From positions 1,364,001 through 1,428,000 of the forward strand of contig CM126226.1 of the NCBI GenBank assembly GCA_052327205.1: DNA of 64,000 nucleotides, read 5' to 3'. The notes under the pieces are model-generated. The model did not search any database and was not told where the DNA came from. It was given only the letters and a program-made list of their open reading frames with translations. The position numbers and the translations under genes were made by a program. Within the stretch, counting starts at the first letter, position 1. Each line of letters begins with the position of its first letter. This document shows positions 37,812 through 50,149 of the stretch, piece by piece. The DNA comes from Somniosus microcephalus (Eukaryota).

Positions 37812-38730
37812 AGTTCGCAGATGACACGAAAATTGGTGGGGTGGTAAATTGCGAGGAGGAAAGCCTCAGGCTACAGGACGATATAAACGGGTTGGTCAGA
37901 TGGGCGGAAAAGTGGCAAATGGAATTTAACCCTGAAAAGTGCGAGGTGATGCATTTTGGACGGACAAATAAGGCAAGGGAATACACAATGAGTGGTAGGA
38001 CCCTAGGAAGTACAGAGGGTCAGAGGGACCTTGGTGTACATGTACATAAATCCCTGAAGGCAGCGGAACAGGTAGATAAGGTGGTTAAAAAGGCATATGG
38101 GATACTTGCCTTCATTAGCCGAGGCATAGAATATAAGAGCAGGGAGGTTATGATGGAGCTGTACAAAACGCTGGTGAGGCCACAGCTGGAGTACTGTGTG
38201 CAGTTCTGGTCACCTCACTATAGGAAGGATGTGATTGCTTTGGAGAGGGTGCAGAGAAGATTCACCAGGATGTTACCTGGGATGGAGCGCCTCAGCTATG
38301 AAGAAAGACTAAACAGGCTGGGGTTGTTTTCCTTGGAGCAAAGAAGGCTGAGGGGGGACCTGATTGAGGTGTACAAAATAATGAGGGGCATAGATAGGGT
38401 AGATAAAGAGGAACTTTTCTCCTTAGTGGGGGGGTCAATAACAAGGGGGCATAGATTCAGGGTAAGGGGCAGGAGATTTAGAGGGGATTTGAGGAGGAAC
38501 TTTTTCACCCAGAGGGTGGTTGGAATGTGGAACTCAATGCCTGAAAGGGTGGTGGAGGCAGGAACCCTCACAACATTCAAGAAGCATTTGGATGAGCACT
38601 TGAAATGCCATTGCATACAAGGCTATGGACCAAATGCTGGAAAATGGGATTAGACTGGACAGGGATGGATGGGCGGCGCAGACACGATGGGCCGAAGGGC
38701 CTCTTTCTGTGCTGTAAAACTCTATGACTC
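37812..38730 (+). mobile_element. Young 5'-truncated CR1 LINE
   Basis: Uninterrupted 270-aa C-terminal part of ORF2, beginning just after FADDTK, plus 3' UTR. Confidence 0.95.
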
Positions 38731-38744
38731 TATCTTGCGTACTG

Positions 38745-39970
38745 TAGTCACAGTGCACCAGTCGTGGACGTTGAGCCCTGTGAAAGGGACAACGGTCAAG
38801 CAAACTGCTCTGTCCTGGGTGGTGTCGAGCTTCTTGAGTGTTGTTGCAGGTCCACCTGTCCAGGCAAGTAGAGAGTTTTCCATCACACTCCTAACTTGAG
38901 CCTTGTCGATGGTGAAAAGGCTTTGAGGAGACAGGAGGTGAGACACTTGTTCAGAGTAATTAGCCTCTGCCTAGCTTTTGTAGCTACCCTGTTGATGTAG
39001 CTGATCCAGTTGAGCTCTGGTTACTGGTGATCCCCAAGATGTTGGTGGAGCAATTAACAGTGGTGGCGCCATTGAAGGTCAGGAAGTGGTGACGGCTGAG
39101 CTGTCTCTTGTTTAAGATGGTCATTATCTGTCACTAGGTGGCATGCATGTAACCAGCCACTTGTCAGCCCAAGTCTTGATGTTATCGCAGGTCACAGAAT
39201 CACAGAAACCTCACAGTACAGATAGAGGCCATTTCGGCCCATCGAGCCTGCACCGACACATATCCCACCCGATCCCCGTAACCCCACGTATTTAATCCCC
39301 CTAACACTAAGGGTCAATTTTTATCATAGCCAATCAACCTAACCCCGCACATCTTTGGACTGTGGGAGGAAACCGGAGCACCCGGAGAAAACCCACGCAA
39401 ACACGGGGAGAATGTGCAAACTCCACACAGACAGTCACCCGGAATGGGCTGCTTCAATATTGCAGGAGTTGTGGATGTAGATGAACACTGTGGAATCGTC
39501 AATGTACCAGACCTTATAATAGATTAGGCAGCTGAAGATGGTTGGGCCAAGGATGCTTCCCTGAGCAATGCCTGCAATGATGTCCGGGGTTGCGATGGTT
39601 GGCCCCCAACAACCACGACCATCTTCCTGTGTGTCAGGTATGACTGCAGCCACTGAAGGGTTTTCCCTTCAACCCCCATTGACCAGTTTTTTCTAGGCTG
39701 CTTGTTGCTTCTATTCTGGCATTCAGCCCTTGTGGCCATGTCTGGATCAAGAATGTGATGAGGTCTGGAGCAAGTGGATCTAGCGGAACTGAAACTGAGT
39801 GTTGGTGAGCAGGTGATCAGTGAGAAGATGTTATTTGATGACGCTGTTGATTACTCCTTCCATCACTTATCTGATTAATAGGAGGAGGCTGATGGAGCGG
39901 TAATTGTCTGGCCTCAATAAGTTGTGCTTTTAGCAGACAGGACATACCTGGCCAATCTTCCACATTGTCT
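38745..39970 (-). mobile_element. Non-LTR LINE fragment (KAQVRSVME family), interrupted by an HE1 SINE
   Basis: KAQVRSVMENSLLAW, GIAQGSILGPTIFS and LQWLQSYL motifs. Confidence 0.8.
39193..39440 (-). mobile_element. HE1-like V-SINE, 5'-truncated
   Basis: V-domain ggagtttgcacattctccccgtg...ggtttcctcccacagtcc and a (tgtgattc)n tail. Confidence 0.88.
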
Positions 39971-42900
39971 GGTAGATGTCATCGCTGTATTTCTTGTTGT
40001 TTGAATGTACTTCAACTTCGATGTAAGGAGCTCGCTCGCTCTCTTTGTGCCTCTTGGTTCTTTATCTGGCCTGGTGCTCGTTTAATGTCATTTGTGACTT
40101 CTCTCATTCCCGTTTTGTCTTTGATTAAAAAATTAAGATGTTTCTTCTATATGCAGAGAGGTGGGGAAGAGCATCTGCCCACAGTTTTACCAATAAATTC
40201 AAAGTTAAATAACTCGGTCACAAATTTCAATCATGTGCTTTTTTGTGACAAAGCAGGAAGTCTCGTGGTCACTGCTGTTGGTAAGTATTCACCTCCCCAT
40301 CCCCCCAAACAGAGTTCCCATTCCAAGTAGGGCATTAAAAAGTGATAGCAAAGGCAAAGCAAACTGTCAAAGGGGAATCAATCTTGTGCACTTCCTTGGA
40401 GGGTGGAATCCCATTCCGGGTGGCCTCGCTGAAAGTTAATGGGCACAGTGCATGCACACATTGCTGAACTAGAGCAACAAGATGTAAAATTGATGAACTG
40501 AACCAAAACCATCAATCTGGGCAGGAGTGATCTCTCTGTCGGTAGCAGTTGAGGCCTATTGAAGGATAGAGTCAAAATAAGTTGCAAACAGGCAACCGAC
40601 TTGAAATATTAGGTTAAGTCATCTGGTTCAGATACCAACAAAAACTGTGTTCTTGGCAGTTTTTTGCAACATACTTGGCTCTGCTTATGTCAACTATCAA
40701 CAAGTCTAAGTCACCATTGACCATTTGCCGTGGAGAGCAGAGATTATGTGAGATTATTAACATTTCGGGGCAATGGACTTTCCCTAACAGGCTGGATGAG
40801 CAGCAAAGAATAACGGCTCCTGTCTATTAACGGACTGCAAATAACTGACCTCTTCTAGTTTTGGCGCTACATGTTCTGGTTTCTTTTCAGGTATTGCACC
40901 TTCTGGACAATTATTACAAAACTTAAAAAAGAACCAGTTGTATTTTTAAATCACGTTGAGCTTGTAACTTCTATTTAAGTAATATTTCTATATCGCGTTT
41001 ACATTGATATTTTAAAGTGTTAAGTCTTAAAAAAAACCAATTCTATGCTTTTCCTTTTGTCATAATAAAGATTCATTAATGAGATCGATCATCGTTTCAC
41101 AACCGGCTGTGTTCAGGATTGTTTCACTGTTCTGTGATTTCTCTCCTGCTAAGCATCATCATTCCGTCATGGTACAATTACCATGCGTTGCGAGCTGAGC
41201 TATCTTTAAACACCTTGCTCCGAGGTACAAGCACTTCCAGCGCTGAGCTTCACTTGGCTGGAGGATGGAGCACAGGATTGGCCTTGTAGGGTCAGAACCC
41301 TGTCTCTGAGCAGCGTTCCTATCTAGAGTGGCTCCACACTGAGAACGGAGCTTAGCGTTATTACGGGCTATTTCGAGAGTGACCACACCTTTTTTTGCCT
41401 CTGTTGGATGCATATCATGGAGCCTTGTGGGCCACACCTGACATTTAAATCCATGTCCCATCAATTTGTGTATGTCTTACGTTGCTGGTGCGAACGGATC
41501 TTGGTGTCCTGATTTAGGATTTAGCCACCGTTGATCAATAGCACTAAAACAGTCCTTTTACTAAACCTCCAGGTCCACAAAACTGAAAGAGGGCAAACCA
41601 GCAAATCAACCTTGGCTTCAGGATCTAGATTGCCAAAGTTTGAGGTTCACATGGCCCAGTTTGGATGCTCCTGCTCAATATCTTGCAACTTTTAGGCATA
41701 TGGGGGAAATATAAGAATGTAGGAATTGTTAGATGAGAAGACCGCGGTCCCTCTAGTTCGCCTTCTACCATCCTGGTAATCACATGATGCAAGAATAATG
41801 GAGTTGTTGGCCAATCGCAGCGATCAATCTCGATCAATGAGTCTACAACCGACCCAGACATGAGTCGCGGTAAACCCCCAGTGGCGGAGAGCTTTGGCAA
41901 TCATGGGTCCAAAGTCACCTGTTCCTCCCACTTCCCATGTGTCCTGTCTCAAATTACTCCGAACTTTCTTACTAGAAAGCAATTTTATTTATTTGTAATA
42001 ATTTTGTTACAACACTGAGAAAATATTCCCTTACTTCCTGGATTAGGAAGTCGGCCATTAATGGTTCAGTCAGGGTGTCCAAACAACGCTGCCAACACCA
42101 GGGGAGCACTGGTGGCATTTCTGGTCATCAAGTGTCATACAGAGGTAGTGTTTATTTTTTGAAGTGTGATGCAACAAAATAGGCTACAACTTTAACCGAA
42201 AAGGTTGATTGTCACTCCTGACCAGGTTGGCAGGTTTGCTGGGGTCGGCCTGCTTTGTTAAATAAGCGCAATGTGCTGTCATATTACTGGGCTCGTGCAG
42301 CTGTCAAGCCAGCATCTCATTGGGTCACGGTGATTATTCTATTCTTTGACATCCTGTATCCGTCCAGACGATTGAGTGACATTCTGTTATATAAAGTTAG
42401 AGGATGAGATGATTGGGTGTGAAGCCATTTGCATTGAACCTTGATTTCTTCACAGAGCAAGCTACGCAATTGTGTGCCTACTGCCCTACAATGCAGTCGG
42501 AACTTAGACTGTTTTCAATATCTGGATTATTCCTGAGAATACAAATAAAATTCTCTTTGGAAGCGAGTCAAACAGCTCACTCTTGATCATCTTCAATTCA
42601 GACCAGCATCTCCGTGTGTTTAAGTGTTGGTGAATCCAGGAAAGGGAAGAGTAAGGCCAAGTCTTGAAGATTAAGGCTTTGCAGAATGTAATGTTAAAGC
42701 AAATGATTTCTGTGTCGCACAATATACATACACACAGCCAGTAACCTGACCCATAGACAATCACAGCGCAGAGAAAAGCCACTCAGCCCATCATGTTACT
42801 GACTTGTTGCTGGAGCAATCCAAAACTAATCCCACTGCCCTGCTCTCTTCCCTGCCCCCACCACAGCCCTGTATCTCTGGACTCGTCTTTAAGCTGCTGT

Positions 42901-44539
42901 ATCCGCGAGATGCTAGACAAACAGTCGCTCCTCCATTGCCAACACAGCTTGTCCTGCCCTCAATAGCAGAATATGCCCAGCCTGATCACCCGTACTCATG
43001 CACAGCAGTGGAGACTGACAGGTCAGGTACTGCATGTGACTTTCAGCTTTCACCCAGTTTGTATTGGACAGTGTGAAGCCTGGTTTCAGGGTGGGAGCCT
43101 CAAATAGGCAACTGTGTCTGCATACATATTCACAGGAAGTTCCGGGGCCAGTGTCGAAACATGCGATGTTCATGACCACAGACGTTGCCTCAAAATCAGT
43201 GCATCCGTCTTCATAATAATTTTTCCTGTAACTACAGGGGAGCAGTGGTCTTGTGAGCACCTCTCGGTCAAACAATCTCAGCTGTCAGTTGATGCTTTAA
43301 GGTGCTCGGAGTACAATATGCTTGGACATTCTCGCTATTCTCTAGTCACTATTTTCTTATATGTGGTAAGTTGGAAGCTGTCAGGTGATGATTATTCATC
43401 AATTGCTTGAACCTGATCATCAGCAAGCGATAAATGACTGGTTATAATTGCTGCCTAAGTTAATCATATATGCCGTTGAATAATCACAGATCTTTCCGTC
43501 GGAGAAATAGTTTGTTAAAGTGTATTATTATTTTGATAAGTGTAGCATGAGTGCTTCTAATATTTTACTCCATTTAAGGCCGGACTGTTTTGGGTGTTTA
43601 ACACAATTGATGTAGTAAAGTGTTTATAGGTTCAGGCCTTTGGTTTGGTGCAAGAATTGTTCTGATTGCCCATACAGAGATGGCGATGGTAGGCCACAAA
43701 CGCCCAAGGTAAGATTCCCCTGATACACAGGGCAGTGGCTGTGCTTGTAGATTTGTTTCCACAATCCTTTTCACATCCTTCTGGGGAGAGCTGCTGTGCT
43801 GGGTTAGTTGGACTTCAAGCTATTGCCATTACTTTTGGGTGCAGGTGGCTTTATATGTGAACAATGCTTCAAGTGTCTCTGTGTGTGTCTGTGTATGTGT
43901 GTGCGTGTGTGCGTTCATATTGTCAAACTAAGTGCAAGCATTGTAGTTAAGCAAAAGCTGAGAGAAAGGCACATTCCTTAGCCTTTGTAATGACTTACTT
44001 TTTCTGTAGCGTATCTTTGTTTTGTCTCCCTTGTTTTGATTCTTGCGCCTTGGACCGGGTCCAATATTTGCTTCGTTATGTGCATATTGGACTAGTTTTC
44101 TTTCAATATACTTTCATTTGTAAATTAGTCCTGACAATTCAGTTAGCTGAGACAATGGGCATCAAGAAAGCAAGTATTCGTACAGTTCATACAGCGTCTG
44201 CCCCAGAGCTCCAACATCCTAGTGTCGGTGGTGCCTTGTAGACGCTAGCAGTGGGCCAGTAAGATGCTTCACTAGGATTCTTCTAGTCAACTCAAATTGA
44301 ATGTAGCAAGGGGCCTGGGGATGTTTACAAGCTCTCTGTGTAACCTGCCCCAGCACACGGTTAATGACTGTATGATGTGACCAGCACAGTTTGCTCAGAG
44401 CTCAGAGGATGTTGCTCGTCTTGTTTTATGGTCTTGCACACTTGCTCTGGTTTTTTTTATGAGCCCAGTGAACACGATTGAGGCTGTCTGGATAATTCCC
44501 AGGGGATGAAATCCTAGAACAGGCTTGCAGTTGACTAGT

Positions 44540-44930
44540 GACGTTCACAGCCTCAGGATGCCCCAGTGTGTGTCACAGCCAATGAATTACTTCTGAAATA
44601 CAGTCACTGTTATGTGAGCAAGGGTTGTTGTTACTTGAATGGCTGGTTGGTCATAATCGGCACCTAGACACAGACAGCAGCGAGAAAAATGACCTGTTAA
44701 TCAGTTTTGGTGATGTTGGTTGAGAGGTCAATATTGGCCAGGACCCCTGGGAAACTCCCCATCTCCTCGCCACAGTGCTTTTGTGTCCACTTGAGCAGGG
44801 CCTCGGTTCAACATCTCGTTGAAAGACGTCCCCTCTGACAATACTTCACTGAAGTGCCAGCCTAGATTACATGTTAAAGTCTTGGGGTGGGACTTGAGCC
44901 CACAACCTTTTGACTCCCAGGCCAAAGTGC
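44540..44930 (-). mobile_element. Degenerate DeuSINE
   Basis: Matches the 1030..1487 copy. Confidence 0.7.
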
Positions 44931-44934
44931 TGCC

Positions 44935-45275
44935 ATGGTGGCATAGTGGTTAGCACTGTTGCCTCACAGCGCCAGGGACCCGGGTTCGAATCCGGCCTCG
45001 GGCGACTGTCTGTGTGGAGTTTGCACATTCTCCCCGTGTTTGCGTGGGTTTACTCCGGGTGCTCCGGTTTCCTCCCACAGTCCAAAGATGTGCAGGTTAG
45101 GTTGATTGGCTATGATAAATTGACCCTTAGTGTTAGGGGGATTAAATACGTGGGGTTACGGGGATAGGGTGGGATATGTGTAGGCGTTACGGGGATCGGG
45201 TGGGATATGTGTCGGTGCAGGCTCGATGGGCCGAAATGGCCTCTATCTGCACTGTTGTGATTCTGTGATTCTGTG
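44935..45275 (+). mobile_element. HE1-like V-SINE
   Basis: tRNA head with A box tggcatagtgg and B box ggttcgaatcc, V-domain, and CR1-like tail. Confidence 0.92.
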
Positions 45276-45829
45276 AGTCCCAGCCGACAATTCGTGGATT
45301 CTCAGCTGCCCCGTGATTGAGGAACATTTATCCCATCATGCTGCTTACTGTGGCACAACTTATACACAACCCTTGGATGTTTCCAACTGCAGAACAAATA
45401 ATTTTGTGTTCCTACAGGACATATTAAAGCCAGTTGAAGTTGCTTTGATGCGATAGAGACTGATTTTTAAAAATTCAGTCTCCGGTTTAAAATCGCATGG
45501 TTTCCAGCAATGCGAAGAAGGGCCAGTTTGTAAACTCTCAGTACGTGAGCATTTCTTTTCCCATGACTCCTTTATCAGCAGCCCGCCCTGTCTGGGCCAC
45601 CCTGCAGCCATCTGGCTTTTCCGCTCAGCAGCCTGATAGCGAGGGGCGCTGCAGGGGGTCCCATTTGCCTTTTGTTTAATCCGCCATGACCAACCCATGA
45701 CTGAGATTACTAATAAAATACTGAGCACAAAGCCGACATCTTCAAATAAAATTCTTCGAGAAACAACAACAACTTGAATTTAGATAGAGCCTTTAACGCA
45801 GTAGAAAGTCCCAAGCTGCTTCACAGGAG

Positions 45830-46292
45830 CATAAGAACATAAATAGGAGCAGGAGTCGGCCACTCGGCCCTTCGAGCCTGCTCCGCCATTCAATGAGATC
45901 ACGGCTGATCTTCTGCCTCAACTCCATCCACCGGCCCTATCGCCCTATCCCTTGATGCCCTTACTAATCAGAAATCTATCGACTTCTGTTTTGAATATAC
46001 CCAATGACTGAGCCTCCACAGCCCTCTGGGATAGAGAATTCCAAAGATTCACCACCCTCTGTGTGAAGAAATTTCTTCTCATCTCAGTCCTCAATGGGCT
46101 AGCCTTTATCCTGAGGCTGTGGCCCCTGGTTCTAGACTCCCCAGCCAAGGGAAACATTCTCCCAACATCCACCCTATCAAGCCCTGTAATAATTTTGTAT
46201 GCTTCAATGAGGTCCCCTCTCATTCTTCTGAATTCAAGAGAATACAGGCCTAGTTTACTCAATCTCTTCTCATACGACAGTCCCGCCATCCC
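45830..46292 (-). mobile_element. CR1 3' fragment
   Basis: GLSYEKRLSKLGLYSLEFRRMRGDLIEAY. Confidence 0.9.
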
Positions 46293-46555
46293 ATTATTAG
46301 ATGTTTTTTGAAGTAAACACCAAGGAAGGCCCTACAGATGTGAAACTGCAGCGAAAATCCCAAATCAAATATTTTATAGAGGAAAAATTTAAAACAAGAG
46401 GGGTTAATAAAACAAAATATTGTGCTACTGCAGACCTCTTGTACCGCATAACAGGGACTCTTTCAAAAGCTGATTCATATGCTGTCTTGTATTGGGGCGA
46501 GGACCAGATCCCAGATGTGGAATGTAGCACTCTTTAGTTTGGGTCTGTAACAGTT

Positions 46556-47365
46556 CATAACATAGAAACATAGAAGATAGGAGCAGGAGTAGGCCATTCG
46601 GCCCCTCTAGCCTTCTCCGCCATTCAATGCGATCATGGCTGATCATCCAAGTTCAGTACCTGGTCCCTGCTTTCTCCCCATACCCCTTGATCCCTTTAGC
46701 CTTAAGAAATATATCCAACTCCTCCTTGAATATATTTAATGAATTGGCCTCTACTGCCTTCTGTGGTAGAGAATTCCACAGGTTCACCACTCTTTGGGTG
46801 AAGAAATTCCTCCTCATCTCTGTCCTAAATGGCTTACCCCTTATCCTTAGACTGTGACCCCTGGTTCTGGATTCCCCGACCATCGGGAACATCCTCCCTG
46901 CATCTAGTCTGTCCAGTCCTGCCAGAAGTTTCAATGAGATCCCCTCTCGTTCTTCTGAACTCCAGCGAGTACAAGCCCAATCGACCCAACCTCTCCTCGT
47001 ACGTCATTCCTGCCATCCCAGGTATCAGCATGGTGAATCTTCGCTGAACTCCTTCCATGGCAAGAATATCCTTCCTCAAATAAGGCGACCAAAACTGCGC
47101 ACAATACTCAAGATGTGGTCTCACCAAGGCCCTGTACAACTGCAGCAAGACATCCTTGTTCTTGTACTCAAACCCTCTCGCTACGAAGGCCAACATACCA
47201 TTTGCTTTCTTAACCGCCTGCTGCACCTGCATGCTTACCTTCAGCGACTGGTGCACAAGGACACCCAGGTCTCGTTGCGCTTCCCCTTCTCCCAGTCTAT
47301 TGCCATTCAGATAATAATCTGCCTTCCTGTTTTTGACACCAAAGTGGATAACCTCACATTTATAA
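46556..47365 (-). mobile_element. CR1 3' fragment
   Basis: KCEVIHFG...YRALVRPHLEYCAQFWSP, with a (tctatgtt)n tail. Confidence 0.92.
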
Positions 47366-47919
47366 ACATCTGGATTTCTACCACGGGTTAAGTTCCTGTG
47401 TGACCGTTGATGAGAAGTAGCTGAGCATAGTCGGTCTGCACAGTACTTACACTTGCAATGACAGAAAAAAATTACATTGTCCCATGCTGAAATACCAACT
47501 AGAAATAACAAATTATGATTTGGTTGTAACGTGAGTTGTCACAGTGAAACGATAGCAGGGTAGACGGTGCTTGAGGCGTGAAGCCAATCTCTTAGAGATT
47601 TGTTCTTGAGTGAAGTGTTTAGTGAAAAGGTTCGTCTTCAAGTGTTGCAGGATAAAGATGAATCTGTTGGTGTTATTAAAAGAAAAGGCTAGTGTTGCGG
47701 CTGATTACAGGGGGCGATCCTGGCCTCGGTGAACTCCGGGGGCTTTTGGAAGAGCTTCCTGTTGGCACTGTGCTGGTATGGGAAGCTCAAACTGAGCGAC
47801 AGTGGCCTTTGACATTTCATGTGAAATGTTTTGGGGCATATTTGGGTGACATGAAAAATGGCGTACAATAAAAATTTGAAGGAGGAGACCATTAACGAGG
47901 GTTTATGGTCAGAACAGTA

Positions 47920-48238
47920 ATCACAGAATCACAGAAACCCCACAGTGCAGATAGAGGCCATTTCGGCCCATCGAGCCTGCACTGACGCATATCCCACCCG
48001 ATCCCCATAACCCCATGTATTTAATCCCCCTAACACTAAGGGTCAATTTATCATAGCCAATCAACCTAACCCGCACATCTTTGGACTGTGGGAGGAAACC
48101 GGAGCACCCGGAGAAAACCCACGCAAACACGGGGAGAATGTGCAAACTCCACACAGACAGTCGCCCGAGGCCGGATTCGAACCCGGGTCCCTGGCGCTGT
48201 GAGGCAACAGTGCTAACCACTATGCCACCGTGCTGCCC
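47920..48238 (-). mobile_element. HE1-like V-SINE, full length
   Basis: Reverse complement of the 44935 copy. Confidence 0.92.
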
Positions 48239-48837
48239 AATGGTAGTGGTAATCTTACCAGCTTGCCATTCTCAATCTCTGCTGGCCTTGGCGTCCTACA
48301 GTCGGCAGTAATTCCGACCTGCTATTTAACCTGCTCCGCCGCTGTGGTTTTTGCTTCTCGTAATAAGCAGCCATCTGATTTGCTGCTCTGATCTCGCTGC
48401 CTTTGCCCCTGTTGCCTGGTGTCGGTGTTGGTGCAGGTTCGCTGACGCTGCCCTTGGCTCTCCTGTGTGTATTTTTGTTTGTTTTTACATCAGTTGTTCA
48501 CATGTAATGTCTGTCCAATTAAAATGACCGTTTTCTGTCTGTTTGTTACTGTGTGAAACCCATAACAAGTAATATTTTATTTTTAAACCTGCCCAGTATT
48601 TTATTGGAGGCCTAACCGGAGTCGATGAGTTATCATTGAGTTTGTGCAGAAGTGTTGGAATTCTCCCACTGTCTTGCTATCTGCCAAGAACCATCTAAAG
48701 TAAATTGTAGGTTATGGTCTGTCACAACGAATTGGTAACTGTGTCTTTTGTAATTGATAAATAAAACTCAGCCTGTCCGCTCTTATAATGCCAACAAGGA
48801 ACAAGTCACCCCACTAAAGCAAACTTATATTACGGTA

Positions 48838-49280
48838 CATAGAACCACACAGCACAGAAGGAGGCCATTCGGCCCATCGTGCCTGTGCCGTCTCTCTGAA
48901 AGAGCTCTCCAATTAGTCCCACTCCCTGCTCTTTCCCCATAGACCTGCAACATTTTCCTACTCAAGTATTTATCTATTCACTTTTGAAAGTTACTATTGA
49001 ATCTGCTTCCAGCCCCCTTTCAGGCAGCGCATTTCAGATCATAACAACTTGCTGTGTTTTAAAAAAAAAAAAAAAAAAAAATTCTCCTCATCTCTTTCCC
49101 CACACCCCCACCCCCAGTTCTTTTGCCAATTATCTGAAATCTGTGTCCTCTGGTCATTGACCCTCCTGCCAGTGGAAACAGTTTCTCCCTATCTACTCTA
49201 TCAAAGCCGTTCAATCTCCCCATAACCTTCTCCAAGGAGAACAATCCCAGCTTCTCCAGTCTCTCCACGTAACTGAAGCT
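48838..49280 (-). mobile_element. CR1 3' fragment
   Basis: ERLEKLGLFSLEK...FDRVDREKLFPLAGGS. Confidence 0.85.
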
Positions 49281-49890
49281 CCATAGTCACAGCTCTGTGT
49301 GTGCAATGGTTGCTCCCTCTAACTGGGGTAGATGCTTTGCTTTTACACCTGCACTTACCACAGCACATTCAAAACCCAGCTAGAATTTTTTAGGAAGTAA
49401 CTTTTGCACAGCTAGACAGAGAGACCAATAGCGTTGGCGAATCTCCTAAAGACCAATTTCATCAGGAAGGATTCAGGCAAGAGGGAGGCCCCTGCAGGGG
49501 CAGTTCACCTTTTGTGTCCGAGGACTTTGCTTTTACCACAGTCACGATTTCTAATTCCGGGAACGCCAATTTGTGTCACTTCTTTGGACACAGCGTTGTA
49601 AAGATTTGCCAGAAAGTGGGTTCTTTTTCGGCTGCCTTTCCATTGATTCATTATCATTTTACTGGCGAATGGAGGCTGAATCATGCCTTGATCCACTTCT
49701 GTTTGCCGCTGCTACTGAGGTGTTAACGTAACTGAGGGTAAAGAATAGTCACCCTGCAGACAATGAATCAGAATTAAATTCCAATATAAACTGACCCTTG
49801 TCAGTGGGCTCAAAAAAGGTTCATATGTAAACACTTTTGGGTCCTGTTTGAAGAGCCATTTCTAATCTCTGTCTGTAATACTTGTTGCAG

Positions 49891-49940
49891 GTGTGCTCCA
49901 GGTTACTCTGGGAATCCCATATATGGACAGCGTTGCACTA
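49891..49940 (+). CDS. HSPG2: Perlecan exon 12, end of LE module
   Basis: ttgttgcag / gtaagt. Reads CAPGYSGNPIYGQRCT and continues exon 11 in phase. Confidence 0.93.
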
Positions 49941-50149
49941 GTAAGTCTCAAAACCTAATGGTGGTCATTACTACAACTTTTAATTCCACCTTCTCTAGCA
50001 GCTGAAATGAAATAAAACTTGAGGACCACACAGCAGATACAGATGGATTGATGGACCCATTGATACTCGAAGGAACTTGAGGAGGAGGAGAGAGCGGAGG
50101 CACTGGTATCCATGTATCAAAATTCAGTGGAAAAATGAATAGTCGCAGA

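Noticed and set aside
37841-38653. 270-aa ORF as a host gene
   Set aside because: C-terminal part of CR1 ORF2; 5'-truncated, so not autonomous.
44935-45005. tRNA-like sequence with A and B boxes
   Set aside because: Head of an HE1 SINE, not a tRNA gene. The same applies to the other SINE heads.
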